From contig JBMYTV010000004.1 of the NCBI GenBank assembly GCA_049604715.1, forward strand, positions 22,535-86,534: DNA of 64,000 nt, read 5' to 3'. Position numbers and translations under genes: made by a program. Within the stretch, counting starts at the first letter, position 1. Each line of letters opens with the position of its first letter. This stretch comes from Patescibacteria group bacterium (GTDB lineage: Bacteria; Patescibacteriota; Patescibacteriia; S139-126; S139-133). Of the stretch, positions 8,732 to 19,168 are shown piece by piece. The notes under the pieces were generated by a model. That model saw only the letters and a list, made by a program, of their open reading frames with translations, did not search any database and was not told the DNA's origin.

Positions 8732-11463
8732 ACGAGAACCAACCACAAACAATTAATAGCGCAATTACACTAGTGTCATGTAAAAATGACAACGGTGATG
8801 CTGAGCACAAACGTTTGAGACGCAAGTGTGGTGGCCTTGATGTATATGCAACATGGAACAATGTAACTTTTACTTGGGGGCCAAAGTTTTCTGAAGGCGG
8901 CATGCGTGTGTGGGACATGGAGAGGGCGTTTTTCTGGTTTGTAAATATTGTACTGTTCTTCATGGCAGTTGCTGGTGTCGTAAATGCTGTTATTGTGATT
9001 ACTGTACAAGCACAGTTGATTCCTTGGCAGTACTTGTTATTCCTGCCTGAGCTTTCCTATACATGGGTTGGTATTTTAGCAGCATGTTTTGGTGCATATC
9101 GTATTTATCGCTATTCTGAAGCCAATGCTTCACTCGAGCACATTGCTCATGAGCAAGGAGCAAAAAAACAATCTGTTGAGCTCTCTAAGGTGATGAGTAA
9201 AGAAAGTTGGCAGATTCTGAGGGCGTTTTGGAAGTATTGCCATGGTCAGCAGATTGCCATAGCCCATCCTATTCATTTGTTTGCAGTTCTTTTGCAATAC
9301 CCTACGATTGGTTCGTTATTTGTGCGGCTGGGTGTTGATCAGATGAAGCTTGCTGAGATTACCAAAGCTATGGTCGCGCAGCAGTCACGTGTTCGTGAAG
9401 GTAGGGCAAGTTTGCAGATAGATCCAGTACTCAAAGAATGCTTGTTTAGAAGTGTTGGGCATGCATTGGACAAGCAACTTGATCATATCGAGCCACAGCA
9501 TTTGTTATTAGAAGTTATTGCCAAAACTCCTGTTATTCAAGATTTGTTTGATGAGCTTGATGTAAGTCAGCAAGAAATAGGTCAGATGATTGGGTGGTTT
9601 GATATTGAGCAAAAGCTACAAAGCAGATATGCACAGTTTAATCGTTTTTCAGCGCTTAGGCCAAAGTCAAACCTAAACAGATCAATGACTGCTATAGCAA
9701 CTCCTATATTGGATATGTTTTCACAGGACATTACCCAAATAGCAGCATCTGGTCGTTTGACATTCTGTATTGGCAGAAAAAGAGTTATTGATGAAGTGTT
9801 TAGACTTGCGGAAAGTGGCTCTACAAATATTGTACTAGTTGGTCCCGAGGGTGTTGGTAAATCTACGATCATTGGAGCGCTTGCTGAGCGTATGATCACA
9901 GAACAAGTTCCGGAGTTATTTAAAGATAAACGCCTTGTGGCTTTGTCTATCCCAAAGTTACTTGCAGGAGCAACTGCATCAGGTATGGTAGAGCAGCGAT
10001 TATTGGCAATCCGTGATGAGGTTATGCGATCAGGTAACATAATTTTGTTTATTGATAATGTGCATGACTTAGTAGGTGCAAGTGGTCAGGGAGATGCAGG
10101 TCTTGATACTTCAGAGTTAGTGGCACGTATTATGGAGCGCCATGAAATACCTGTGCTTGCTACAAGTAATCCAGTTGATCATCGCCGATTTATAGCAGGA
10201 AAGTCACTAGGTAGTGTACTTGAGCGAGTAGATGTGCCTGAGCCAACACCAGATGAGACAATGGCAATCATGCAGTCACAAACTAGTTTTTTTGAATACA
10301 AATATAAGGTCTACTTTTCTTTTAAATCAATGCAAAAGATTATAGAACTTGCTGATCGATATATGTATGAACATGTATTTCCAGAAAAAGCACTTCGCCT
10401 CATGGAGGAGATCGCAGTTCATATCAAAAACACACGCGGTGAAAAACAACTCATTACCGCAGAAGATGTAGCAGCTCTTGTGTCTGAGAAAGTGAATATG
10501 CCACTCACAGCAATTACGGAAACCGAAAGTGAGACATTGCTGAATTTAGAATCTATTATTCATGAGCGCCTTGTTAATCAAGAGCTTGCGGTCAAGGCTG
10601 TTGCTTCAGCGCTGAGGCGTGCCCGTACAGAGTTACGTGATACAGGTAGGCCTATTGTTAACCTCTTGTTCTTAGGCCCAACAGGTGTTGGTAAGACAGA
10701 GCTTGCAAAAACTGTTGCAGCTGTGTACTTTGGTGCTGAGTCAGAGCTACTCAGACTTGATATGTCAGAGTACCAAAACCAAAACTCGCTCGCGCGTCTT
10801 ATAGGTAGTGAGTCGGATCCAAATGGAGGATATTTAACCGAAGGCATAAAGCAAAAACCATATACAGTACTGCTTCTTGATGAGCTTGAAAAAGCACACC
10901 CTGATATTTTAAATGTATTCTTACAAGTTATGGATGATGGTCGCCTGACAGATTGGGCTGGTCAGACAGTAGATTTTACAAATGTAATTTTGATTGCAAC
11001 ATCAAATGCAGGTACGCAGTTTTTGCAAGATGAACTAAGAAAAAATACACCACTTGATGCAATCAAAGAGGCGCTTATACAAAACGAGTTAAAGGCATCA
11101 TACCGACCAGAATTTTTGAATCGTTTTGATAATATCATTGTGTTCAAACCACTAAGCCAAGAACATATCAAACAGGTTGCAGGCCTTATGCTGAAGAAAA
11201 ATGCAAAACGTTTACAAACCAAAGGAATTACTTTGGAAGTTACTGATGCTGCCCTTACTGAGATGGCGCGAGCTGGTTATGATCCACTTTACGGTGCTCG
11301 TCCAATGCGCCGGCTTATACAGGATACAGTCGATGATGCTATTGCTAAATTCCTATTGACTGGTAGTGTTAGTAGGAGAGATACTGTTGTTTTGGATGTA
11401 GGTGGCAAAATTAATGTGAAAAAGGGAAGAACCTTATACAACACATCTGCGAGGGGAACTTAA
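8728..11463 (+). CDS. ClpA/ClpC-family AAA+ ATPase with N-terminal transmembrane helices
   Basis: Clp-N repeats, GPEGVGKST, FLGPTGVGKTELAK, LDMSEY, LLLDELEKAHPD, RPEFLNRFD, YGARPMRR; start moved to ATG 8728. Confidence 0.92.
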   Translation: MNENQPQTINSAITLVSCKNDNGDAEHKRLRRKCGGLDVYATWNNVTFTWGPKFSEGGMRVWDMERAFFWFVNIVLFFMAVAGVVNAVIVITVQAQLIPWQYLLFLPELSYTWVGILAACFGAYRIYRYSEANASLEHIAHEQGAKKQSVELSKVMSKESWQILRAFWKYCHGQQIAIAHPIHLFAVLLQYPTIGSLFVRLGVDQMKLAEITKAMVAQQSRVREGRASLQIDPVLKECLFRSVGHALDKQLDHIEPQHLLLEVIAKTPVIQDLFDELDVSQQEIGQMIGWFDIEQKLQSRYAQFNRFSALRPKSNLNRSMTAIATPILDMFSQDITQIAASGRLTFCIGRKRVIDEVFRLAESGSTNIVLVGPEGVGKSTIIGALAERMITEQVPELFKDKRLVALSIPKLLAGATASGMVEQRLLAIRDEVMRSGNIILFIDNVHDLVGASGQGDAGLDTSELVARIMERHEIPVLATSNPVDHRRFIAGKSLGSVLERVDVPEPTPDETMAIMQSQTSFFEYKYKVYFSFKSMQKIIELADRYMYEHVFPEKALRLMEEIAVHIKNTRGEKQLITAEDVAALVSEKVNMPLTAITETESETLLNLESIIHERLVNQELAVKAVASALRRARTELRDTGRPIVNLLFLGPTGVGKTELAKTVAAVYFGAESELLRLDMSEYQNQNSLARLIGSESDPNGGYLTEGIKQKPYTVLLLDELEKAHPDILNVFLQVMDDGRLTDWAGQTVDFTNVILIATSNAGTQFLQDELRKNTPLDAIKEALIQNELKASYRPEFLNRFDNIIVFKPLSQEHIKQVAGLMLKKNAKRLQTKGITLEVTDAALTEMARAGYDPLYGARPMRRLIQDTVDDAIAKFLLTGSVSRRDTVVLDVGGKINVKKGRTLYNTSARGT

Positions 11464-11712
11464 ATGACACAACACGAGATTGATCTGGTGTATGATATTT
11501 TAGCTGATACTATTGGCTATAGCATACAAGTTATCAATCCTGATTATGTGCGCATTACCCGCTGTCCGTGTATAGTATGTCGCCGAGACATGTCAGCTAT
11601 GCGCATCGTATATATTGTTCGGCGTAACACGCCATATTTGGTTACGTATTATTGTCTAACATGTGGTTCTTTTACTGATCCAATTGATAACTATATAGAC
11701 TGCTCAAGGTGA
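11464..11712 (+). CDS. Small Cys-rich (Zn-ribbon-like) hypothetical protein
   Basis: CPCIVC and CLTC motifs; starts directly after the Clp stop codon. Confidence 0.5.
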   Translation: MTQHEIDLVYDILADTIGYSIQVINPDYVRITRCPCIVCRRDMSAMRIVYIVRRNTPYLVTYYCLTCGSFTDPIDNYIDCSR

Positions 11713-11727
11713 GCAGTCTTGTTTTTG
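11697..11727 (+). terminator. Intrinsic terminator
   Basis: AGACTGCTCA-AGG-TGAGCAGTCT followed by TGTTTTT. Confidence 0.65.
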
Positions 11728-11829
11728 GCTTGACAATATGAAACAAATATTGCAAAGATAATTAGGCTGTAACGCAGTATAGTTCTTTACTAAATAACTT
11801 AGTTCCACATTTTTCACGAGGCAAGATCC

Positions 11830-12885
11830 ATGAGATTATTTTTGCAGGTGTTGTTAATGGCAGTATTAGGGTTCAGCGTAATGGCTGATGAGTTAACGCA
11901 GCTCCAGGTGCTGCAGGGTGAAAGGGAGTCGCATTTTGGTTCTCGGATATCCACAGATAGCGGTCTGCTTGCGATAGCTGCGCCACTGAGTAATGTTGGC
12001 GGCACTGCGCATGTATATAAAATGATCAACTATGAGTACAAGAAAATAGCTGACATTTTTCGAAATAACATGCCTGGTTTTGCACTTTTTGCTCGATCAG
12101 TGTCTATACGCAAACAGTACGGTGACCAGCTTTTCTTGGCAGTGGTTGGACAAGGTGACCAGGCAGGTTTTCATCTGTATGTTGCCACAGACTTAACGCA
12201 TCGTAGTTCAGAGGATTGGCAGCTAATAAGCAGCCAGAAAATTCCTGATGGACTACAAGGTGCCCATGCAGCACAGACGTACAACAGGAACATATTTTCC
12301 AGGCCAGATCTTTCCGTCACATATGAGCTCAAAGCTGATGTTACTTTGCATGACTACTCTGTTACTACCGAGAAGGTAGACTTTGGAAATAAGCAGCGTA
12401 GATTCACTATTACCAGCGGGTTGTTTAACGGGTATTTAGTTGCCCAGGTTTTTGATAAAAAGATTTATATCAAGTACGAAGATACTGATCCGCATTTATT
12501 GGTTGACGCTGTTAGTGCTACTAGCCTAGGTCATTATATTGATGCAGATGCTACATATTTTGTTGTTACACGTGAAGAGGGCGGCGTGCATTTTGTTGAT
12601 TATTATCTTATCGCCGGTACAGCAGTTAGACGACTAGACGTTATCCGGTGTTACGAAAAACCGTATTCAGTTAGTATTGAAAACGGGCATATAGCTGTTG
12701 GGTACCGCGGCCGTTTTGATTTGTATAAGGCCAATATTTATAATAAAGTAACCCAACTTCTTACAAAAGGCGGATCAGGCAGATTCGGAGAAGAAACGCG
12801 TTTGCATTATTATTCTAAAACAATGTATGTGTTTGTTGGCAATGTGAGCAATGATACCGTGACAATTCTTAGTTTAAAGAAGTAA
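11830..12885 (+). CDS. Secreted beta-propeller-like (FG-GAP-like) hypothetical protein
   Basis: Signal peptide; FGSRIS...LAIAAP...GTAHVY repeat-like segments. Confidence 0.55.
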   Translation: MRLFLQVLLMAVLGFSVMADELTQLQVLQGERESHFGSRISTDSGLLAIAAPLSNVGGTAHVYKMINYEYKKIADIFRNNMPGFALFARSVSIRKQYGDQLFLAVVGQGDQAGFHLYVATDLTHRSSEDWQLISSQKIPDGLQGAHAAQTYNRNIFSRPDLSVTYELKADVTLHDYSVTTEKVDFGNKQRRFTITSGLFNGYLVAQVFDKKIYIKYEDTDPHLLVDAVSATSLGHYIDADATYFVVTREEGGVHFVDYYLIAGTAVRRLDVIRCYEKPYSVSIENGHIAVGYRGRFDLYKANIYNKVTQLLTKGGSGRFGEETRLHYYSKTMYVFVGNVSNDTVTILSLKK

Positions 12886-12890
12886 GCTAT

Positions 12891-12916
12891 AGGCAGTACC
12901 AAAGGTGCTGCTTTTA
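12891..12916 (+). terminator. Intrinsic terminator
   Basis: GGCAGTACC-AAA-GGTGCTGCT followed by TTT. Confidence 0.6.
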
Positions 12917-12969
12917 TTGCTTTTAAAAATTATTAGGTTTATTCTAATATTAGAGTATTAATTATTTTT

Positions 12970-14541
12970 ATGCCGGACAATCAACAATTAAAATCAGAGC
13001 CTAAGTTCAATACCGAACACGTAAATACAGAGTCAAAGTCACTTATTGAGCGAATGCCTCTATCAGTAACCTGGGCAGTATTTATTATATTGCTTAGTAT
13101 TTTGGGTGCGGTGGTTTATTTTGTCTTTTTTTCACCACAAAGTATGCAGTTCATGCGTAAGGACATGAGCATTTTCATTTCTGACAACTCAACAGATGTG
13201 ATGCAAGAGGACAATGCTGATGGGCAGCTAGAAGATTATGCTGAGAGCATGATTTTGTATGAAAAGCCAAAGTATCATATTTCATTTGATTATCCACAAG
13301 ATTGGACCATACAGGAAGATGATATAGACAATATATCAAATCCTGGGTTTAAAGTACGTTTAGAAAGCGCAGCTTCAGATGATAGTATGACAATTTCTGT
13401 AACAGAAAAGTATCCAAATACATTTGATTTTTTTGATCCAGTCTCTGCGCCTTCATTTGTGCCGGATGAGGAGCTATTTAAAAAGGAACATGAAAATGGT
13501 TTTTGCGACGTGTTAGCTTGTTCTGACCCATTTACCTCATTTTGGTTTGAGAAAAATGGTTATTTTTATACATTTGTAATTGATACACTAGAGCCTAGTA
13601 TGATTGATAATTTTATTTTCAAATCAGTGAAAGTAGATCCTGTATCTGGTTCTGAGTGGATTACATACACAAATGATGAATATGGATATTCTTTTGCATA
13701 CCCAGACAACTGGATATTAGAAAACGGACTAATAAACCCCACTGCAATACAGTACCATCCAATTGGCTCGAATACTGCTGCCATAAACTTTGGTGTGTAT
13801 TCTGAAAATCAGGAACTTTATAGATCAAGCGACTCAGTGTATGACTACAATCTTATAGCAAGTAGAATTGAAAAGTATGAAGATACAGCAATGGTTATAG
13901 AGTTTATCATAAATAATCATGTGTTTAGATCTTATGAGTATGTAGATGACGGTAGTCTTGAGGGCGATAGTGTTGGCGAAGTATATATGTTTGTAAGTGA
14001 TCCATTTGAAGTTGGTGGTGAAGAGTTTCGTTTGGCCTTATCCTGGATAGAGAATCCCGGGGGATACACAGAGAATCCATATGTAAAAAATACATTTATT
14101 GAGATGTTGTCTACTATCAAGATCAGTCCTGATCTACTTAAAGATGAAAGTGTGTTGTATACAAATAATAATTATGGCTTTGGTATTAATTTACCAAAGG
14201 GTTGGGAGATGCAAGAAGCATCAAGTGTTGATGGAGAGGGATTTTTTGTCTTAGAGGGAGACAAGGAAGTGCGTATACTCCCAAGTGGCGGCTTTGATAC
14301 TGGCATCACATGTTCTGCTCCTGGGGTAGGTTTTGTAGCAGGGAAGGAGACTAGAGCCACAAACTGTGATGTAAACGGAGTAATGGTTATTCATCATTTT
14401 CTCCCCAACGAAGACTTGCCGTCTGGTTGGGTTTCATGTACAGATGAGTACAAAAATTGTCACAGGATAGAGATTTATTCACCAAATGCAGGTGCTTCAA
14501 AAGAGCTTCTAGATATACTTGATACATTTACGCTTAACTAA
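12970..14541 (+). CDS. Membrane-anchored protein with three PsbP-like domains
   Basis: One TM, then YEKPKYHISFDYPQDW / YTNDEYGYSFAYPDNW / YTNNNYGFGINLPKGW repeats, each ending in a ...STIK/TF-like helix-strand. Confidence 0.75.
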   Translation: MPDNQQLKSEPKFNTEHVNTESKSLIERMPLSVTWAVFIILLSILGAVVYFVFFSPQSMQFMRKDMSIFISDNSTDVMQEDNADGQLEDYAESMILYEKPKYHISFDYPQDWTIQEDDIDNISNPGFKVRLESAASDDSMTISVTEKYPNTFDFFDPVSAPSFVPDEELFKKEHENGFCDVLACSDPFTSFWFEKNGYFYTFVIDTLEPSMIDNFIFKSVKVDPVSGSEWITYTNDEYGYSFAYPDNWILENGLINPTAIQYHPIGSNTAAINFGVYSENQELYRSSDSVYDYNLIASRIEKYEDTAMVIEFIINNHVFRSYEYVDDGSLEGDSVGEVYMFVSDPFEVGGEEFRLALSWIENPGGYTENPYVKNTFIEMLSTIKISPDLLKDESVLYTNNNYGFGINLPKGWEMQEASSVDGEGFFVLEGDKEVRILPSGGFDTGITCSAPGVGFVAGKETRATNCDVNGVMVIHHFLPNEDLPSGWVSCTDEYKNCHRIEIYSPNAGASKELLDILDTFTLN

Positions 14542-14566
14542 AACTAAATATACACAGTTTAATTTC

Positions 14567-14599
14567 AATCACTGCAAGGATAGCCTTGCAGTGATTTTT
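14567..14599 (+). terminator. Intrinsic terminator
   Basis: 13-bp stem AATCACTGCAAGG-ATAG-CCTTGCAGTGATT plus T run. Confidence 0.8.
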
Positions 14600-14626
14600 G
14601 ACTTTTTTGGCTAAAATTAGTATGAT
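14598..14626 (+). promoter_or_regulatory. Sigma70-type promoter of asnS
   Basis: TTGACT-17 nt-TATGAT. Confidence 0.7.
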
Positions 14627-14665
14627 AGAAGCGAATACTTAAGTACGATAACGTACGTTTTTTAT

Positions 14666-15952
14666 ATGGTGATAGCAAAAATAGGAGATTACAAAGATAA
14701 ACAAGTAACAATAAAGGGGTGGGTTTATAATTTTCGTTCTTCAGGCAAGATCGCGTTTTTGCAAATCCGCGATGGTAGCGGCTTTATTCAGGCAATTGTT
14801 GAGAAGACAAGCGTAGACGAAGCATCATGGCAAGTAGTGCAGGAGCTAACCCAAGAATCAAGTGTATCTCTAACAGGACAGGTAAGTGAACATCCAAAAC
14901 AACCAGGTGTATATGAACTTCAAGTGACTAAGCTTGAGCTTATACAAAAAGCAGAAGAGTACCCAATTTCAAACAAAGAACATGGCCCAGAGTTTTTGCT
15001 TGATAACAGGCATTTGTGGTTGAGATCAAAAAAACAATGGGCAATTCAGCGTGTACGTAACATTATTATTAATGCTATGTACGAGTATTTGAACCAAGAA
15101 GGATTTATAAAGATCGACGCGCCTATTTTGACTCCAACATCATGCGAGGGAACAACTGAGCTTTTTGAGCTGGAATATTTTGATGAGCAAAAAGCATACC
15201 TTTCTCAGAGTGGTCAGCTCTACATAGAGGCTGGTATTTTCGCTCATGGTCGTGTGTTTGATTTTGGTCCAACTTTTCGTGCAGAAAAATCAAAAACACG
15301 TCGGCACTTATCTGAGTTTTGGATGATGGATGCAGAGGCTGCATTTGTTGAACATGCTGAGAATATGCAGATCCAGGAAGGCTTAATACAACATGTTGCC
15401 AAAAAAGTATTAGAATTAGGTTCAGAAGAACTAGCTATTTTGGAACGTGATACAGCGCCACTGGAAAAATTACAAAAACCTTTTAAGCGAATGACGCATG
15501 CAGAGGCTGTAGCATTTTTACAAAAAAACGGATCTGATATTGGCGACCGTGATGATCTTGGTGCAGATGATGAGACAAAATTAACAGAAAATAGCGATGT
15601 GCCAATTTTCGTAGAAAAGTGGCCAAAAGAAATAAAAGCATTTTATATGAAACGTGATGATAACGACGCCGATCTGGTGCTCGGGGCTGATTTGATAGCC
15701 ACCGAAGGATTTGGTGAAGTTATCGGCGGTTCCGAGCGTGAAACAGACTACTCCCTTCTTGTGAAACGAATGGAGGAAGAGAATTTGCCGCAAGAGCCGT
15801 TCCAGTGGTATTTGGATTTGCGAAAGTATGGTTCAGTCCCTCACTCAGGTTTTGGTGTCGGACTTGAGCGACTTGTCGCTTGGATGACTGGAACTCATCA
15901 TGTCCGTGAGACCATTCCATTTCCTCGTATGATTCATCGTTTAACTCCGTAA
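14666..15952 (+). CDS. asnS: Asparagine--tRNA ligase
   Basis: RSSGKIAFLQIRDGSG, YLSQSGQLY, FRAEKSKTRRHLSEFW, YLDLRKYGSVPHSGFG. Confidence 0.97.
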   Translation: MVIAKIGDYKDKQVTIKGWVYNFRSSGKIAFLQIRDGSGFIQAIVEKTSVDEASWQVVQELTQESSVSLTGQVSEHPKQPGVYELQVTKLELIQKAEEYPISNKEHGPEFLLDNRHLWLRSKKQWAIQRVRNIIINAMYEYLNQEGFIKIDAPILTPTSCEGTTELFELEYFDEQKAYLSQSGQLYIEAGIFAHGRVFDFGPTFRAEKSKTRRHLSEFWMMDAEAAFVEHAENMQIQEGLIQHVAKKVLELGSEELAILERDTAPLEKLQKPFKRMTHAEAVAFLQKNGSDIGDRDDLGADDETKLTENSDVPIFVEKWPKEIKAFYMKRDDNDADLVLGADLIATEGFGEVIGGSERETDYSLLVKRMEEENLPQEPFQWYLDLRKYGSVPHSGFGVGLERLVAWMTGTHHVRETIPFPRMIHRLTP

Positions 15953-15963
15953 TAATCATCCCC

Positions 15964-16458
15964 ATGATTAACCAAGCGCATTTTTCATACCCGTTTTTGT
16001 TAGCATTGCTTATTGCTATGCTTATAGGACATTCGTTTACTTTGGGGGAAGTCTTTGTCATTTTGACGGCTTCTGTTTTTCCTGATGTTGATTTTCTTTT
16101 TGGTATGTGGTCAGAGTTTAAACATCCGGAAAAGAAAGAAAGCCATCATGCGTATATTACGCATGCACCACTTGTATATGTACCGATCATTATAGTTCTT
16201 ATGGTTATTGAGATGAAACTGGGGTTACTTGTTATGTATGGGCTGCTTACACACTTTATTATGGATTCTCTTGTTGCGCCTGATGGTATTAGATGGTTAT
16301 ACCCTTTCAAGGACAAGTTTTATTTGTGGACAAAGATTACAAAAGACTTATACGGCTTTGCCTTTTTAAATAAGTATCGTAGTTTGCGTCTATACACAGT
16401 TGATAACATTGCATTTTTAGTGACGGTCGTTATTGTGGTGTACATGATAACTACTTAA
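15964..16458 (+). CDS. Membrane-bound metal-dependent hydrolase (YdjM-like)
   Basis: H...PDVD...HH..ITH...HFIMD...GIRWLYPF motifs. Confidence 0.75.
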   Translation: MINQAHFSYPFLLALLIAMLIGHSFTLGEVFVILTASVFPDVDFLFGMWSEFKHPEKKESHHAYITHAPLVYVPIIIVLMVIEMKLGLLVMYGLLTHFIMDSLVAPDGIRWLYPFKDKFYLWTKITKDLYGFAFLNKYRSLRLYTVDNIAFLVTVVIVVYMITT

Positions 16459-16468
16459 ATACATTTAT

Positions 16469-17872
16469 ATGAAAATTACTCGAAACATTGATGTAAACGA
16501 AAAAATTGGAGCAGAAGTTACGCTGTATGGCTGGGTGAACACCAGACGAAATATGGGCAAGATTGCTTTTATTGATTTACGTGATCGTAGTGCGCTTTTA
16601 CAAGTTGTACTTGTTCCAGCTGAACTTGATGAAACATCAGCAGCGCATATGCCTATGATTCGCCCTGAATATGTTTTAAAAATTACCGGCATTGTTCAAG
16701 AGCGAGGTGAAAAACAAAAAAATGCGGACCTTGCAACTGGTGGTGTAGAAGTTTTGGCAAAAAGCCTTGAGATCATAAATGAGGCTGAGACACCGCCATT
16801 TGAGATTGATAATGAAGACAGACAGGCCAATGAAGAGCTTCGTATGAAGCATCGCTATCTGGATCTCCGGCATGAGCGCATGAAAGATAATATGGTTTTG
16901 AGGCATGACATTATCAAGTATATGCGTGAGTTTTTCTATGATAAGGATTTTCTTGAAATAGAAACACCATTTATTTCTAAATCAACTCCAGAGGGTGCGC
17001 GTGACTTTTTGGTGCCATCACGAAACTGGCCAGGAAAGTTTTATGCACTCCCACAGTCACCTCAACAGTATAAGCAAATGCTTATGGTTGCAGGTATGGA
17101 AAGGTACTTCCAGATTGTTAGATGTTTCCGTGATGAAGATGCTAGAGGCGATAGGCAACCTGAGTTTACACAGCTTGATGTTGAGATGAGTTTTGTTGAA
17201 CAAGAAGATATTTTGCAGATGGTTGAGACATTGGTAAAGGGATTAGTTGAGTCAGTCACGCCAGATAAGAAGTTTACGTTTACGCCATTTAAGCGCCTTA
17301 CTTTTGACGAGGCTATGAAAGAGTATGGTACTGATAGGCCAGACCTTCGTAAAGATAAAAACGATCCAGATGAACTTGCATTTGCTTTTGTTCTAGATTT
17401 TCCTATGTTTGAGTATAAGGAAGGTGATGAGCGCTGGGGTGCAACACATCATCCATTTACATCACCACAAACAGATGACATTGAGAAACTAGATGACAAG
17501 GATAAGATGGGGGAGATTAAGGCATTTCAGTATGACTTAGTGGTAAATGGCTATGAAGTAGCTGGTGGTTCTATCAGAACGCATGATCCAAAGGTTCTAC
17601 AGCGAGTATTTGAGCTTCTTGGTCATACAGAAAAAGAAATAGAAGAACAGTTCGGTCACTTACTTGAGAGTTTCAAATACGGCGTGCCGCCACATGGAGG
17701 TGTTGCTTTTGGCCTTGATCGATTGATCATGGTTATGGCTGGCGAACCAAGCATCAGGGAGGTTATTGCCTTCCCAAAGACTACAGATAACCGTGACATT
17801 TTGATGGACGGCCCGTCTGAAGTGCCTCAAGAACAGCTTGATGAGCTTGGTCTTAGTATTAACAAGAAATAA
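16469..17872 (+). CDS. aspS: Aspartate--tRNA ligase, short form lacking the GAD insertion
   Basis: STPEGARDFLVP, LPQSPQQYKQ, CFRDED.R.DRQPEFTQLD, HHPFT, GGSIR, PPHGG; 467 aa. Confidence 0.96.
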   Translation: MKITRNIDVNEKIGAEVTLYGWVNTRRNMGKIAFIDLRDRSALLQVVLVPAELDETSAAHMPMIRPEYVLKITGIVQERGEKQKNADLATGGVEVLAKSLEIINEAETPPFEIDNEDRQANEELRMKHRYLDLRHERMKDNMVLRHDIIKYMREFFYDKDFLEIETPFISKSTPEGARDFLVPSRNWPGKFYALPQSPQQYKQMLMVAGMERYFQIVRCFRDEDARGDRQPEFTQLDVEMSFVEQEDILQMVETLVKGLVESVTPDKKFTFTPFKRLTFDEAMKEYGTDRPDLRKDKNDPDELAFAFVLDFPMFEYKEGDERWGATHHPFTSPQTDDIEKLDDKDKMGEIKAFQYDLVVNGYEVAGGSIRTHDPKVLQRVFELLGHTEKEIEEQFGHLLESFKYGVPPHGGVAFGLDRLIMVMAGEPSIREVIAFPKTTDNRDILMDGPSEVPQEQLDELGLSINKK

Positions 17873-17873
17873 T

Positions 17874-18455
17874 ATGGGGCGTGTTAATAGGTTTGAGGGA
17901 GATTTTGGAAAAAATGTATCAGTTTCGCAAGAAACAGCCACTGAGAGTGCTGATGAGGTAATGAACAGAAGAATGTCAGAATTACTGGAAACAGTTTCTG
18001 AGAGTCTTGATACAGCTAGTGAAAAAGGAAAGAAAAGCTTGAGGTTGTTAATACAGACATTTGACAAGGCACAGTCAGATCATTTGTCTGGAACAGCTAG
18101 TATTCAGGATGTGGTGAGTAGTATTCTTGATATAGAAAAAAAGATGAAAGGTGCTACAGCAAAAAACATCTACTCGAATCTTATTAAGCGTGAGCACCAG
18201 ATCGCAAGTACTCTAAATAGTGTATATAAACAAAAACTGGACGAATTTGAAGTGCAGGCACAAGATGGTGCTCTTGATTTACAGGAGATTCGTGAGTGGA
18301 GTGCTGGCATAGCTCGAGATTTCAGTACGAGTGAACGTGAAATGATGGGAGATGAATACGATGCGCATGTTAAGCCAAGTCGTGAATGGTTTGAAAAAGA
18401 AGGTAATAAACGAGTGAGTGAAATTATTTTATTGCAATCTGAGGCTGCAGCATAA
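17874..18455 (+). CDS. Hypothetical helical protein
   Basis: Fills the gap between aspS and scpA; ATG at 17874. Confidence 0.65.
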   Translation: MGRVNRFEGDFGKNVSVSQETATESADEVMNRRMSELLETVSESLDTASEKGKKSLRLLIQTFDKAQSDHLSGTASIQDVVSSILDIEKKMKGATAKNIYSNLIKREHQIASTLNSVYKQKLDEFEVQAQDGALDLQEIREWSAGIARDFSTSEREMMGDEYDAHVKPSREWFEKEGNKRVSEIILLQSEAAA

Positions 18456-18467
18456 TTATGTATTCCC

Positions 18468-19166
18468 ATGCATAGTCATATTATAAAATTACAAGCTTTT
18501 GAAGGTCCGCTGGATGCACTTTTGAAGATTATTGAGCAGCAAGAGCTTGATATATCAGAGGTGTCACTTGCGCAAGTAACTGACCAGTATTTGGCATACA
18601 TTGATACAGCAGATATTAATCCAACTGAAATAGCAGATTTTTTGCAGATAGCTGCTAAGCTTTTGCTTATCAAATCAAGAATACTCCTGCCTTTTACTGA
18701 TGAGCTTGAGGATGATGATATTCAGGACTTGGCAGAGCAACTCAAAGAACACAAAAAGTTTGTAGAGGCATCGCAGCACATAGCAAACCTCTGGTCTGAT
18801 GCAGCGCGTGCATATAGTAGAGACAAGCTTACATTACAACGACAGAGTGGATTTGTACCACCAAAGAGCGTGACCGTAGAAGTACTTTCTACAAGCATGA
18901 AACATCTTATTGATCGTTTGCAGCCAATTGTCAAACTTCCAGAAAAAACTATCCGCAAGGTTGTTTCTTTAAGAGAAAAAATCCAAGGCCTACTTACTAG
19001 GCTTGATAGTGAGAAGTCGGTTTATTTCCATGAGACATTGGAGGTGCAGGATGATTCTTCAGAAAAAATTGTGAGTTTCTTGGCTATGCTCGAACTAGTA
19101 AAGCAGCGTAAAGTAACTGTCAGTCAAGATAGCTTGTTTACTGATATAATTGTTAAAAGATTATAA
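18468..19166 (+). CDS. scpA: Segregation and condensation protein A
   Basis: FEGPLDALL, AAKLLLIKSRILLP, SFLAMLELVKQ. Confidence 0.96.
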   Translation: MHSHIIKLQAFEGPLDALLKIIEQQELDISEVSLAQVTDQYLAYIDTADINPTEIADFLQIAAKLLLIKSRILLPFTDELEDDDIQDLAEQLKEHKKFVEASQHIANLWSDAARAYSRDKLTLQRQSGFVPPKSVTVEVLSTSMKHLIDRLQPIVKLPEKTIRKVVSLREKIQGLLTRLDSEKSVYFHETLEVQDDSSEKIVSFLAMLELVKQRKVTVSQDSLFTDIIVKRL

Positions 19167-19168
19167 CC

